The notes: generated by a model from the letters alone, not told the origin. DNA of 64,000 nt from Octopus sinensis (GCF_006345805.1 NC_043006.1:88846001-88910000); one strand, 5' to 3'. Numbered from the stretch's first letter, positions 26,841-41,386 are shown. A program made the numbers and translations.

Positions 26841-28348
26841 ATAATATATCTAGGACTACATTATCAGAAGTATCAATTCGATATTCTTGGGAGATCCTCT
26901 GCTCACACAGAGGTCCTCCCGATGGCCCACAGCGAGTCGTCAGACTACGAAACTGTCTGAAACTTTACATAATGAAGCCACTCCCGTTTTTACTTTTTCA
27001 AATTAAGGAAGGTTGTCAATGTCTATGACCACTGCATGAACTCTACTTCATCTCTGTAACTGGTGAGATTAAAAGCTGCTGCATAAAACTTACCACCTGC
27101 AGGCGGATATTTTCCAGAACCCTTAAGACAAAATGTAACTTTTATCGTAAAATATTTCGGGAGTGCATTAAGCATGCAAGGGATTTGATCCGAGACGATA
27201 TATTATAACCGAAATGATTGCGACATTTAAGACACATTAGCCATTCCCAAACACACAAATACTTCTTTTAAACATTTACTATTCACTAGCGGGACCTGAG
27301 AATATTTCGCGGAATTAATGGTAAACTTATTGGGTTATTTATGGAAACTTTATCCTGAAAACCTGAAAACGTAGCCTGTGTTGTGTCTATCAAAAAGTAG
27401 TCGCTCATCTGTTAATCATTGAAAAGTGAAGGCAATTGAAATACAATGATTACTTCATGCACTTTATACATACACTTCTATATATTTTATGCGCACTTTT
27501 ATAGACTTAATACACAGCAATCATATCATAAAGTAGTTTGTAATTTAAATCTTTCTTTAAATGAAGTGAGTTGGCATGTGGCTTGTAATAAAAACAATGT
27601 GATGAAACTTTCATTGGATGCCTGTAATTTGAGATGGTAAATTTTCTTGCTTTATTCTTATTTTGTAATACTGTCTATAAAGATACTGGATAACATTTTT
27701 TACATACAGTGATGTCATTTAGACAATGATTGTGTCAATTTTTATATAATACATCATACAACACATGAATGGTATAATTAAGGATTGAAAATACTTAATA
27801 CTACAGTATACCTTACAGTTGCAATCACATTTCATTAACAACTGGTATGCATTTTCTCTCTCCGTTTTCCATTTCTTCCTCTGTCTCTCCCACTCTATTT
27901 CTATTTATTTCTCTTAAACCTGGCAGTTAAACTCTGAAATATTTTCCCAGATGGACTAAGTATGCTATCACTATATAATCGTAGAGCATAATTTCTGCAG
28001 GAGGTATTATATAATTATCGTCACATAATTATTGTCAAAATGACATCTCCAAATAAATTTTTTAAATACTCAGTAACAACAGTGCTAAAATATGACAAAT
28101 AAGCTTGCATGTTTAGACACACACACACACACACACTCACATATACACATAATTTAAATAAAAATAAATGGTTAGTCCTCTATTGCAATTTCGAAGTTAT
28201 GAAGCAAGAGTGCATCCATGTTTCCCACCAGGAAATTACACATTAACACGAAAGACTTCCCTTGGGGCTTAACATGTGCCCTGACTGGCAAGAATAATGG
28301 GTCAACGTCTATCTACACAATTCAAATTCTGAATTCAAACGTCATGCA

Positions 28349-28436
<88 letters not shown>

Positions 28437-28438
<2 letters not shown>

Positions 28439-28846
28439 CGCAGGAGTGGCTGTGTGGTAAGTAGCTTGTTTACCAACCACATGGTTCTGGACTCAGTCCC
28501 ACTGCGTGGCACCTTGGGCAAGTGTCTTCTACTATAGCCTCGGGCCGACCAAAGCATTTTGAGTGAATTTGGTAGACGGAAACTGAAAGAAGACCGTCGT
28601 ATATATGTATATATATGCGTGTGTGTGTTTGTGCGTCTGTGTTTGTCCCCCTAGCATTGCTTGACAACCGATGCTGGTGTGTTTATGTCCCCTTTCCTTA
28701 GCGGTTCGGCAAAAGAAACCGATAGAATAAGTCCTGGGCTTACAAAAGAATAAGTCCCGGGGTCGAGTTGCTCGATTAAAGGCGGTGCTCCAGCATGGCC
28801 GCAGTCAAATAACTGAAACAAGTAAAAGAGTAAAAGATTAAAGAGT
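28437..28846 (+). mobile_element. SINE family A, full length
   Basis: GGCGCAGGAGTGGCTGTGTGGTAAG...AAGTAAAAGAGTAAAAG. Confidence 0.9.
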
Positions 28847-28937
<91 letters not shown>

Positions 28938-28955
28938 TAGATATATAGATATATA

Positions 28956-30160
28956 CAGTTTAACCCTGGTTATTCGCGATTTGGCGATCGCGTTTCCGGT
29001 TATTCGCGGAACGAATAATTCTTAGCGGAAACTACCGCATATTCACGGAATCGTAAATATCGTCAGCAATTTTCTATGACTTCTTTCGTGACAATCTCCC
29101 TCTCTCTCTCTTTCCTTCTCTCTCTCTCTTTCTCTCTCAATATTACTATAGTTTAGATTACTGTATCTGGTGGTAACTAAATTTTTCAAATTCATTATTA
29201 TTTTTAATCGCTGCTTAATCTCCCATTGGTGGTATTCGCATATTAGACGCAAGGAAGATTTTGTTTTTGTACGTATTTTGGGGAAAACTGCATCTAGTAG
29301 CTATCCCGACTGTTTTGCTGAGTGTTGTCTGTCGCAGCATGTTATTAAAGCGCTAAGATGCCACCCAAACGCCCCACAAATTCTAAGGTTTCTGGCAGTG
29401 AACCTAACAGCCAGAAAAACGTTATGACGTTCCATGAGAAGGTACAACTGATGGATATGCTTCAGGAAGGTAAAAGTTATGCTACAGTAGGTCGCTGTTA
29501 TGATGTCAACGAAAGCATTATACGCACCATAAAGAAGAACGAGGTAGCTATCAGGTCTACCGTAGCAGTATTTTGGGGGAAAGTGCCAGGTCTACTGTAG
29601 CAGTAAGTTTCTGTGAAAGTGACAAAACGACAGTGAGAAATAAGCCCTTGGTCAAGATGGAATCTACCTTGACATTGTAGATCAGTAACTGCAAGATGAA
29701 AAACATTCCCTTGAATGATAAAATCACCCGCGAGAAAGCTCGAAAATTATACCAGCAGTTCGACAGAGGAGACGGGGCAGAAGACACCGAAGAATTACAA
29801 CCAAGATAGACCATTGACAGCACCGGTGCCCGAAGATTTTCAAGCCAGCAAGGGATCGTCTGACCATTTACAGGAACAGTTTAAAATAAAGTGCGTTTCC
29901 CTGCAGGGAGAGACAGCATCAGCCGGCAAAGAGGCTGCCAAGAAGTACCTCGAGACCTTCAGACAGATACAAGCCGGAATAGCTAACACCACTTCCCTCA
30001 TCCAGCCTATGGATCAAGACGTGATCCATGCCTTCAAGGCACTTTACACTCGGGACTCTCTCCGACACCTTTTGAACGCAGTGAATTCGGACGACAATTT
30101 CAAGTTATAGGAGTACTGGTGTAATTTTACGATTGCAACAGGCCTATTTTTATCATACTT
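28956..30160 (+). mobile_element. Tigger/pogo transposon, internally deleted, 3' end missing
   Basis: Left TIR TA|CAGT..CCCTGGTTATTCGCG; MPPKRP..TFHEKVQLMDML..GKSYATVGRCYDVNESIIRTIKKNE (CENP-B HTH); FQASKG; NTTSLIQPMDQDVIHAFKALY. Confidence 0.85.
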
Positions 30161-30169
30161 AATTACATA

Positions 30170-31350
30170 CAGGGGTTGGACAAAATAATGGAAATACCTA
30201 ACATCATAACATTATAATTTTCAAATATCTATAAGACCGTCAAAAATGTTTATGTTTTTCGATTTATTATTAGTGTTACTTAATATGTTTTGCTAAAATT
30301 GTAGTTTCTTTCCAGATATCATCAGAAAAAGGTAATTAAAATTCATTAAAATGACAAATTTATCGAACTTTCAAAGAGGTTAAATTGTTGGTGCTCGTAT
30401 GGCAGGCGCTAGCATAACGAAAACAGCCGAAATGACCTCGTCGAAACAAAACTCCAGAAGAAAACCAAAATTTTTACAGATAGGGACCATCGGATTATTA
30501 CGCGAATTGTTAGAAAGAATCACAAAAGTACAGCTTCCAAAATTACTGCAGAGCTTAATAACCACCTCGATAATCCAGTTTCCGCAAAAACTGTTCGCCG
30601 AGAGCTGCACAAAGCCGGATTTCACGGGAGGGCTGCAATCTAAAAACCACTACTTTCAAAAACAAACATTGTAAAGCGTTTAGAGTGAAGTAAAAACCTA
30701 CAGAATTAGTCCCTAGCGCAGTGGAAGAATGTTAATTTCTCGGACGAGTCATCTTATACCTTATTTCCGACTACCGGCCGAGTATAAGTGTGGAGACAGC
30801 CAAGAGAAGCAGTTGACCCAGAATGCCTTCTTCCAACTATTAAACATGGAGGAGGATCTGTGATGATCTGGTGGGGTGAGTTATATCTTGGAAATCCATC
30901 GACCCAATTGTTTCCCTTCATGGCAGAATTAATAGTCAAGACTATTTAAGCATTTTATCTGACCAAATTCATCCTAGAGTTGCAGAACTGTTTCCGGAGG
31001 GAAACGCAATCCTTCAGGATGGTAATGTAGCAATTCACACAGCTAAAATTGTTACTGAATGGCACGAGGAACATTCTAGTGAAGTTGAACATCTTTATCT
31101 GGCCACCATAGTCCCCAGATTTCAATATTATTGGACATTTATGGTGCAGTTTAGAAAAACAAGTAAGGAGTTGATATCCTCCACCATCATCACTACAAGA
31201 ACTGTAGATTGTTTTAGCTGAAGACTGGACAAAAATTCCTTTGGAAGCAATTCAAATTTTGCAGGAGCCCATTCTATGAGGTCATAGAATTCAAGCTGTC
31301 ATTACTTGTTTGAAATTTTAAGGTATTTCCATTATTTTGTCCAACCCCTT
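30170..31350 (+). mobile_element. Tc1 (DD34E) transposon, both TIRs, decayed transposase
   Basis: TIR CAGGGGTTGGACAAAATAATGGAAATACCT / AGGTATTTCCATTATTTTGTCCAACCCCT, TA flanks; NFSDES, KHGGGSVMIW, LQDGN, WPP*SPDFNII. Confidence 0.9.
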
Positions 31351-31579
31351 TATGAATAATGCGTGTATATTTTGCATGTGTATTATATTACATGTATTGT
31401 CCTATGCATTTACTATTGAACCATGTTTTTACATTAAGGGGAATATATATATATACTAAGAAGTATTTGTACATACGGACACAAACTCGTATATACATGC
31501 ATACATACATACATACATACATACATACATACATACATACATACATACATACATACATACATACATACATAGAAATAAT

Positions 31580-32260
31580 TGATCATGTCAACAGCTTGGC
31601 ATAGAGAACCGACAAGTTTATGACATCCTTCTTTGAAGGCTACCTCCATGCAATCCAAGAACAAGAGATCCTTCACCAAGTGCCGACGACATAAAAGTCA
31701 GAAAACATTGACAGACAACAAATGTAGGCTGTACAACACCAGGACTGAAGACATCAACCACATTATTGCCAACTGTGAGAGAATGTCTTCCAGATATTAT
31801 CTTCCTATGAGGCATGAAGCGGTAGCCAAAATGGTCTGAAGCAGGATAACAAAATGTGAATACCTACAAACGAAGTTGACCATACTGAGACAGATGGCTC
31901 AAATGAATACTGTTAGAACATGATAAAACACAACCGGTCAGATATTTTTGTATGGGACCACAGGGAGAAGATACGTTCTGTTGTGGAAAATCAACTGCCC
32001 GCTGGACACGAAAGTGGTTAGAAAACTACGAGTGAAAGAGGACATTTATGTACCATTGGTAAGGAGTTTGCAAATCTAGTACTCAAGATACATTTTTCAG
32101 CTTCATACTCATTACTATTGGTGCGACGGGGTACATACCAGCCCGTCTGGCACAAAGTATGGCTGAACTTGGAATCTTGGAGAGTGAATGAAAATCCTTA
32201 ATCCATATGTTACAGATGGTCACGACATCTGGGACTATAAAAATCTGCAAGACTTAAAAC
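31580..32260 (+). mobile_element. More diverged R4-like RLE LINE 3' fragment
   Basis: NKCRLYNTRTEDINHIIANCERMSSRYYLPMRHEAVAK; followed by (ACAT)n. Confidence 0.75.
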
Positions 32261-32379
32261 AAGATACTTCCTTCACAACCACACTACTAAGTACGTGGCC
32301 GATCAAAATTTACTTTAAAATTAAAAAGAGAAAGACAAATGCATACATACTTACATGCATACATACATACATACATACA

Positions 32380-32410
<31 letters not shown>

Positions 32411-32964
32411 CACCACACACACACATATACATACATACATACATACATACATACATACATACATACATACATACATACATAGACAAACAGGCAAGCCAAC
32501 AGACAGATAAACAGATAGATAAAATTATGGAATCCAAACGTCAAAGACGTAAGTGATGCAATACAGCAAAATGAAGCGGTTTTTCCACTGTTACTACAGC
32601 AAGGACGACCCAACCTGAAATTCCGACATAAATCATCGGGATGATAAAACTCTTTGAGGTCATCGATGGCTCGGATCGATGTGTCATTGCCAACATAGAT
32701 CTGAGACAATTAATCGTTCAAACACGAGAAGATATATCAACACTCAGAAGAACAAAAAAGTTCCCAACAAATTTGAAGACAAAAACTAGGAAACCTGATC
32801 AAAGTTGTAGTCTCAACCCTACAGGTTTGAAAGAAACCTGTCAATGATATATACTTTATGTGCTTGTATGCATAAATTTACAAATATACATACACACACA
32901 TACATAAATATATGTGTATGTGCGTGTGTATGTGCATGTGTGTATGTGCACCTGCGTGCGTACA

Positions 32965-33047
<83 letters not shown>

Positions 33048-33411
33048 CATATTATACATATATATATATATAAATATCAATATCCATATATATATAAATA
33101 TAAGTGTATATATATATATATATATATGGATGTATGTATGTACAAATATGTATATATATATAAAGGTATATGTGCATATATATATATGTATATATATATT
33201 TGTATATGTATATATATATATGCATATATATATATTTGTATATGTATATATATATATATATGTATGTATATATATATATAATATATATATATATATAATA
33301 TATATATATATATAATATATATATGCATGTATGTACATATAAATATGAACACATATATTTATACATATATGAACACATTAATATATACATATATATAATT
33401 TCATGTGCGTG

Positions 33412-33456
<45 letters not shown>

Positions 33457-34092
33457 TTATGTATATATGTATGTATATATGTATGTATGTATATAGGTAT
33501 GTATGTATTTACATGTAATCACATACAAAACGTATGCAGAGACACTCATCTATACCCCTCGGCCGCATTCATACATACAAATACAAGTATGTGGATTTGT
33601 GTATGTATTTGCGTTTGTGTATATTCAAGTATGTCTGTACGTATATATATATATATATATATATATGTGTATAGATTTACATGCATACATACCTGCGACA
33701 AGGACATACACACGGATATATTAAATGAGGAGAAAAGATCACCTCTGATACTAAGAGCAAAAAGTATATTTGTCAAATATTATAGAACACTACTGTCCCT
33801 TCATGTAGATAATAAAATAATAACTTTGGATAAATAATGAGAAATGACAAGATCCATATTAATGAAAATAGTATTCAACCTACACGAGGAAGGGGTGTGC
33901 CAAACAGACTAGATCCTTTTAAACATATGTGCGCATACATATATATATACACACATATACATATACATACATGCATACATATATATATATATATTGATAT
34001 TGATATTATGACAACAAAAGAATGAATGAAACCTCGATACTGTGTAAAATAGAGCAATTTATCTATAAATATAATATGTAACAAATAGTTGG

Positions 34093-34161
34093 TTGTCATA
34101 ATAAAACTCAGAGTTTCGGATACCGGGGCTGAAGTCTGCATCTCATCAGTTATTAAGACAA
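34093..34161 (-). ncRNA. Type I hammerhead (intact core, shortened stem II)
   Basis: TTGTCTTAATAA-CTGATGA-GAT..ATC-C-GAAAC-TCTGA-GTT/TTATTATGACAA. Confidence 0.7.
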
Positions 34162-34552
34162 AACGCTATGAAAAAATCTGTTAAATAAAAGGAAATTACT
34201 CCAATAGGCATGGTAAAAGTAATATTTCATTCACAGAATCCGTGTATGTACACATATCCACACACACATACATATACTTATACACACATACACAGGCACA
34301 CGCACATGTATATATATATATATATATGTACATACTCACACACGCATGTACATATACATACAAACACACATATATACACATGTGTCTACGCATATACGCA
34401 CATACGCACGCATATATACCCATACATGCATCACTACGCTCATATATGTATCTCTACACGCACACGCACATACATTCTATGAATGAAATATTACTTTCAC
34501 TACGCCTATTGGAGTAATTCCCCTTTATTTAACGGTTTTTTCAAAACGTTTC

Positions 34553-34623
34553 GTCTTAATAACTGATGAGATACCGGTGCAGACTTCAGCCCCGGTATCC
34601 GGAACTCTGAGTTTTATTAAGAC
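34553..34623 (+). ncRNA. Type I hammerhead (8-bp stem II, core A13G lesion)
   Basis: GTCTTAATAA-CTGATGA-GATACCGG(14 nt)CCGGTATC-C-GGAAC-TCTGA-GTT/TTATTAAGAC. Confidence 0.7.
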
Positions 34624-35092
34624 AACCAACTAATTGTCACGTATTATATATATATACAAAATTTAAAGGACTGACTACTAAAAGAGGACAGTCTATATGC
34701 TAGATATCGCTATTTTCCACGAAAAATGTGTTCTCAAGAAAAAACTCAGCAAAAAACAAAGTGTAAAAATAAGCAAGACAAATGAAAATATACGAAATAG
34801 AAAACGATTACCTATGTACTAATTAGTTTCACTTGTTAATATTTACGTATATGGACACGTAAACATCTGCAAGATCATCAGCATAGTCTGTCGTTTATAA
34901 AACACAATTTCCAGAACTAGATACAGAATGCTCAACCAAAATCCAGTATGTATAGAGTTCCACAAATTATATTTATATATATCTTTCAAATGCCTTCACT
35001 TTGGCGCGCTGAGATCGGAAATTTACTCTGTAGTTAATAAACTACAGCAGTCAAGTTACCGGTTAGAGAACATTTTTTATTTAAAACTAAAT

Positions 35093-35394
35093 AAGGGTAG
35101 AAATTGATATTAATCAATTAAAACCAGTGGCCTAGCATATCTTTAAGAAATCGAAGATTAAAAAGTTTTTTACATACAAAATTTAAAGGACTGTCCACTT
35201 TTCGTGGTCAGTCTATATGCTAGATATAGACGTTCTTGAGGACACGTTCTTCGTGGAAAATAGCGATTTTGAACGTCTATAGACTGTCCACTTTTAGTGG
35301 TCAGTCCTTTAAATTTTGTATGTAAGAAATTTTTTAATCTTCGGATTTTTTTAAATATGCTAGGTTTTAATTGATTAATATCAATTTCTACCCT
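35093..35394. repeat. ~300-bp fold-back (inverted repeat) element; related fragment at 34650-34745
   Basis: Arms gggtagaaattgatattaatc...aaaggactg / cagtccttt...gattaatatcaatttctaccc. Confidence 0.8.
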
Positions 35395-35419
35395 TTTTTA
35401 ACTATATATATATATGTAA

Positions 35420-35945
35420 AAAAAAAATACAAACTGGGACAAGAACGCAAAACATTTAGAAGACGATACAAAAAACACGGACGGGACATTCGAAGCCTTC
35501 AATCTTCAGTCAAGAACCGGATCATCCTCGCAATTTCGGCTGATTAATCTTGAGATCGCTCCGATCCGGCCAGCCCCAAGGAAAAATTAAGCTAAGAGCA
35601 TTAGATTCCTTGGGAAAAGGATCGAATGGATACGAAACAAGGACAGAAAAACGGACGATGCCACACGAATATAAATACAAAAAACAATAATAGTAATAAC
35701 AGGACAAAAACAGCGGTTGTCTTACGACTATAGACAGTACAACTTAGCTTAGCTGGCGTATTTGGAAAAAAATATCTTTTTCGGCAGACGAAGAAAACGG
35801 TGTTCTCGTGGCGGTGGTCAGAAGCCAAAAGGTTGGTTGACCAGCGGTCACGTGAGAGGAGAAGAGAGAGAAAAAAGGGGGCAAAGGAATCAAAGAGAGA
35901 GAGAAAAAGAGGTACAAAGGCACCAAAGGGGGGAGAAGAGAGAGA
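35420..35945 (-). mobile_element. Non-coding element family F3 (partial)
   Basis: Homologous to 44930-45430 (CTCACGTGACCGCT; AAGATTAATCAGCCGAAATTGC..GGTTCTTGACTGANGA..CTTCGAATGTCCCGTCC). Confidence 0.7.
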
Positions 35946-35999
35946 AATATATATATATATTATCCTCTATCTTGTTTCACTCATTCGACTGCAGGAATG

Positions 36000-36139
36000 T
36001 TAGTCGAAATAATCAACCTTAGTACTTATCTTTTTGAGCCTGGGATTTATTCTAGTGTTCTCTTTTGCCGAACCGGTAAACACACAAACAGCGGTTATTA
36101 AGCGGTGGTGGTAGACAAACACAAAGACACACACACACG

Positions 36140-36181
<42 letters not shown>

Positions 36182-36240
36182 ACGGGCTTCTTTTAGTTTC
36201 CGTCTACTAGGTTCACTCACAACCTTTGGTCGACCTCAGA
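36000..36240 (-). mobile_element. Degenerate SINE family A
   Basis: ttttgccgaaccg.., gacgggcttcttttagtttccgtctac..ctttggtcg. Confidence 0.7.
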
Positions 36241-36301
36241 ATAGCATTACCACCTGGGTTTCTAACTATTTTTCTGTCTCAAAGTCTCTGTGCCTCTCTC
36301 C

Positions 36302-36341
36302 TTTCTTCTGATGAAAGACTAACGTCTGAAATATTAAGAGA
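36302..36341 (+). ncRNA. Minimal type I hammerhead ribozyme, fully canonical core
   Basis: TTTCTT-CTGATGA-A-AGAC(TAAC)GTCT-GAAAT-ATT/AAGAGA; 6-bp stem I, palindromic AATATT stem III. Confidence 0.8.
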
Positions 36342-36464
36342 TTTTTCCATTTCCAACGAAGCGTTAAATTAATGCCTTATTTGTCAATATTTCTTCTTGT
36401 GTTCTCCTTTTTAATGCTTATTGCATTTACACACGCACATGCACATATATACATACATACATAT

Positions 36465-36528
<64 letters not shown>

Positions 36529-37258
36529 CACATATATAAGTGAATGAACATTTCGCAGTCTGACAGAGAACTTTTTCTTTTGTATCATTCAGAAACGAAT
36601 TAACTGGGACACTCAGTATAAATGAAAAATATCGATTATAAAGCGATTTATTAGTTTAAAAGGTGTGACGCTGGAAGCTAACGTATAGTTACATAGCATA
36701 GACAAAAATATATCTGCCGTTTATAATTTGTCTCTGGACAACACATTGTTTTTGCCAGTCATATACACATTAGCATGTAGCAAATGGTTTCTAAGCCACG
36801 AGAATGTATATACACAGCACGAACAGCCGGTATTGTACAAGAATCCTGCAAATAACAAATGCACGCTTACGAAGATTTTACACAGCAATACTTTATTGCT
36901 TGGTTGATCGAACTAGGACAGATCAATAATGAACTTAACAAAGTGACCGGCTACAGTACACAAGCGAATAAAGATTTTGCTATAATACTGGGAATTCTTC
37001 TATCACGCAAAACGAATTAGTGTGTTTGCTCAATAAAAATTAAATATATCAAAGTTGTGAAAATATATATATGTGTGCGTCTGTTTATGTACCTATATTC
37101 GCGTATGTACTTATGAATATATTGTGTGTATGTGTGTGTGCATATATATATAATATATATATATATATATGCACGTGTGTAAATATATGTCTGTATGAAT
37201 ACATTACATACGTGCATATGTATATGTATATATGTATGTATGTATGTATTTATGTATG

Positions 37259-37356
<98 letters not shown>

Positions 37357-37367
37357 ATATGTATATA

Positions 37368-37406
<39 letters not shown>

Positions 37407-37424
37407 AGAGAGAGAGAGATAAAG

Positions 37425-37635
<211 letters not shown>

Positions 37636-38152
37636 TGCGTTGGTGCGTCTCAGTTAAAACCTAAACAGGCAACAAACTGCCCTAACAACAGTTAGTTTTT
37701 AGGATATTTTGGTATTGTTTTTAAATATAACATCTACCTACTGCCACCAATTCACTCACACACACAAGCATAATTTATATACATATATACCTAAATATAC
37801 ATGTGTGTGCGTGTGTGTGTATACACGTATGCAGTTAAGTATATGTCCGGTCAAAAAGTGACCAATGGTTTCGCTTCCTTAAAGGGATTAGTCACATGGT
37901 CGATGGCTAAACGCTTTGTGGATGGCAAACCAATGGTCACTCTATGACTGGACATATACTTAACTACATATAAATATATTACTGCTCTATGCTTTAGAGT
38001 GTGCTTCTTCTTTTGAATGTATGATAAACTGACGATGTGTGTGTGTGTGTGTACAGCACGATGCCATCATTGGGATGTTTTAACAACGCCAGGAATCGCA
38101 ACGTGAACAGCGGTTTACAGCCTACATCCGATAATCTAGTCGAGATACAATG

Positions 38153-38204
<52 letters not shown>

Positions 38205-38687
38205 GAACACACACACACAGACGTTCTATGCGCCTATTTATGTATGCGTGTTTGTATAATACTGTTCCGATTTGAATCTGTTTATTTTAGCCAGACAAAA
38301 TATCATGCCATCCTCCAGCTAGTCATGATACAAGGAAATCAGGAAAATTTGATAATATCTGCAATACGTTTCTGATCAATAAGTTATATATCTTCCTGTC
38401 ACATAAATCCAGTACAGCATGCTAAATGAAATAATTGTTCTCTAGATCTGAATCTGGGTTAGACAGATATTTTAATGAAAGCCTACATTCTCTTAGATAT
38501 ATTTCACATTGAATATCGTATAAAATCTATAATCGATATATGAATGTTAATTAGACTTATGGCATTAATAAACTAACTCTTCGAATGACAAATGGCATTA
38601 ATTAAATTAATTTAGTTGCCGCCTCTCTATTACATGGCTTTGCATATTAGCTTCATACCCACCTTCTGTTATCGTTATTGTTATTGC

Positions 38688-38758
<71 letters not shown>
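38688..38758. repeat. (ATT)n microsatellite
   Basis: Direct reading. Confidence 0.95.
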
Positions 38759-38759
<1 letters not shown>

Positions 38760-39284
38760 TTTGTTGTTTATTTATTTATTTATGTATCTATTTATTTAAT
38801 ATACATGTTTCAAAACGTGGGTCAATGGTTCTCTGTATTTCTGACATTAAAACTGACAAAGGAGTGTTTGTAACTTGATTCTGAACAATATCTCAAGGTA
38901 CTTCATTCATAAAACGTTTGTTTTCCAGGTGTTCTGCCTATTTTCATGTCACATGCATACTAAGTGAAGAATTCGAACCAATGAGAATCCATTATTTTGT
39001 CAGTTACGTTTGCTAAATAAAACAGTGCACAAAATTTTTTTCTTTCCTGCTTTCACATGACACCCATTAGCCAGGTAGAAGAGGATTTTCTCAGAATTGA
39101 CAGTTTTTTTTTTAATTCGTATTGATAAAGCACAGTTAGAGCAGTTGCTCGTTCTTGCATCCGTTGAACAAAACCAGTCGCGGCATTTCTCTCAATACGA
39201 AACACGTTTTAGCCGAACGAAACATTGAATCCTGTTATCATATCTGACAGTCAAGTGACAATCTTAATAACAGACGTAGCTATG

Positions 39285-39429
39285 AGGTAAGAAGTTTGCA
39301 TCCCAACCAATTGGTTCTGGGTTCAGTCCCACTGCGTGGCACATTGACTAAATGTCTTCTACTATAGCCTCAGATTGACCAAAACCTTGTCAGTGGATTT
39401 GGTTGACGAAAACTGAAAGAAGCCCGTCG

Positions 39430-39430
<1 letters not shown>
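39285..39430 (+). mobile_element. SINE family A-like 5' half
   Basis: GGTAAGAAGTTTGC..GGGTTCAGTCCCACTGCGTGGCAC..GAAAGAAGCCCGTCGTAT. Confidence 0.8.
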
Positions 39431-39497
<67 letters not shown>

Positions 39498-39945
39498 TTA
39501 TGTATATATATATGTCTGTGTGTCTGTGTATTTTTGTGAATGCGTTTGTTTCACTCCCATTCAAATATATTGTATTGCGTATGAGTGCGTGCATGCACAT
39601 GTTTTAAGCTTATTTGTATATGTGCATGTGAGACTGAATGCGTGTATTTTAAGGCAGCTGTCACTTATAATTACGGGTAAGTGAATCACAACGTTACTGT
39701 TATCCAAATTAGTGGGACCACAGCAGCTTATTTAAAACGAATTTGAAAATATTCGCTTGTTAGAATCAAAACGCCGTGTATTGTCATCAAGCTTTTCCAA
39801 GCTGATACACAACCACTATAATTTTTACGGAGATCAAATGAAAACCGCCGCTAGTTACATATATCTTGTACTAGTAAGTCGTTCTTTCAGCTTGGAGACT
39901 TCATAACTGAGTTGGACGACTTCATTTACTTTGAAATGTCTAAAG

Positions 39946-40204
39946 CAGAGCTTCTCAACCATTTTTTACCAATGGACCCCTTTGATTCCTATTATACTCC
40001 ACTGGGCCCCTATAGCCATTTGATGAAGATAAAAAATATCCTACTGTATTTTTATAATTAAATATTAGGAATTGTATTTAACGAAATTAAAACATTTTGT
40101 GCATTGTAGAAATATAAGCAATTTATTGTACAAACTTTAAGCAAGAAAATCCTATATAGACACCTCCACCGAAGGGCCATATGGACCCCGGGTGAGAACC
40201 ACTG
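39946..40204. mobile_element. hAT (Charlie-like) MITE
   Basis: TIRs CAGAGCTTCTCAACC / GGGTGAGAACCACTG; flanks gtctaaag / atctagaa resemble an NTCTAGAN 8-bp target. Confidence 0.7.
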
Positions 40205-41386
40205 ATCTAGAATATGACATGGTGGTCCTTTACTCCCTCCGTATCTTAGAAGGAAGAGTAGATTGAAAGTGATATTTTGTGTATGTAAGTACGTAGGTAA
40301 ATGTAGGCATTTACTTTCAAACGAACGTCAGGCCCTGAAATGTTGAAAATACAATTATTTTTCTTAATTCACAGCAATTGGACGTATACAAATTTGCTTC
40401 GAAATCGGCCACACGCAGGCTATAACTAATTTTCTTGAATTCCAAATATTACCCTATTTTCACTTTAGTCGACTCATGAAGTCATGAACTTGCAGATAAT
40501 AATCATCTCCTTTCATCACATGATAATATTATTTCAATAAAATGATAAACTGCAAGTTTTCAATATGTCTTGTTTATTTTTACCGGTACACTTAATCGAT
40601 CATTCGGTTCAAGATCACTACTTTTAGTATTCGGGTCAGGCCTGCAATTTAAGTATAACTTCCCCCTTCACCAACCCAGAAAAAGCCTTGAGCACAACTA
40701 TTTAACCCCTGTCAAAAGCCACTGAAAATATAACCATCGGAGACATATCCAAAGTTTTGCACAGCAAATTTTATGTATAAAATCTAGAGTAGTTTTGGAC
40801 TTTGTTCGATTCACGTTAGAGATTCGTTTAATTCTAGTTTCCGTGTTGTTCATAGCCGCTTAAGATGCTAATTTATATTTCAGCGTTAGATTTTCACACT
40901 GTGTTGGACTCATGCAATTCGTTAATGGATGTCAAACGAACATTAATCTGCATATTGGCAAACGCTAATTTGCATATTAATGTTCTTTGTTCTGGACTGC
41001 TATTAGCCGTGTTCCAACTAACGTAGTCATCATGTTTAGACTTCGGTAGCAGACGGTTGCAGTCATCCTCATCCGTTGCAGTTTTCATAAACACTTGCGA
41101 TCTCAAGGTCCGGTAACTAACCCAACCATCAACAGGACTGGGATTGTTAGGTGTTAGTTGAACACCGAACGCAAAATGTCAGCGTTCTATTTGACGCCCT
41201 GACAACAATGGTAATTGAACAAAGTGACGTGAGTTTGAACTCTGATCAGAAGTTTTAAATGTTTGAAACTTGATGCTACCAACATCTCAAAATACAAAAA
41301 AAAAACATTTACACACATACACAAATACATAGACGCATACGCACACGCAAATACACATATACACGCATACACATACACATATACAT

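Larger units (their letters stand above)
34080..34640. mobile_element. Inverted pair of pLTR-like units, each with a long-stem hammerhead, around a microsatellite spacer
   Basis: 34080-34250 is the reverse complement of ~34470-34640. Confidence 0.8.

Noticed and set aside
27094-27121. 28-nt minus-strand microexon with good splice signals
   Set aside because: Isolated; joining to the neighbouring candidate at ~26910-26960 gives stops in all frames, and the other exon candidates are on +
38929-39015. Strong acceptor followed by CSAYFHVTC (PHD-like) peptide
   Set aside because: No good donor and too short to support a call
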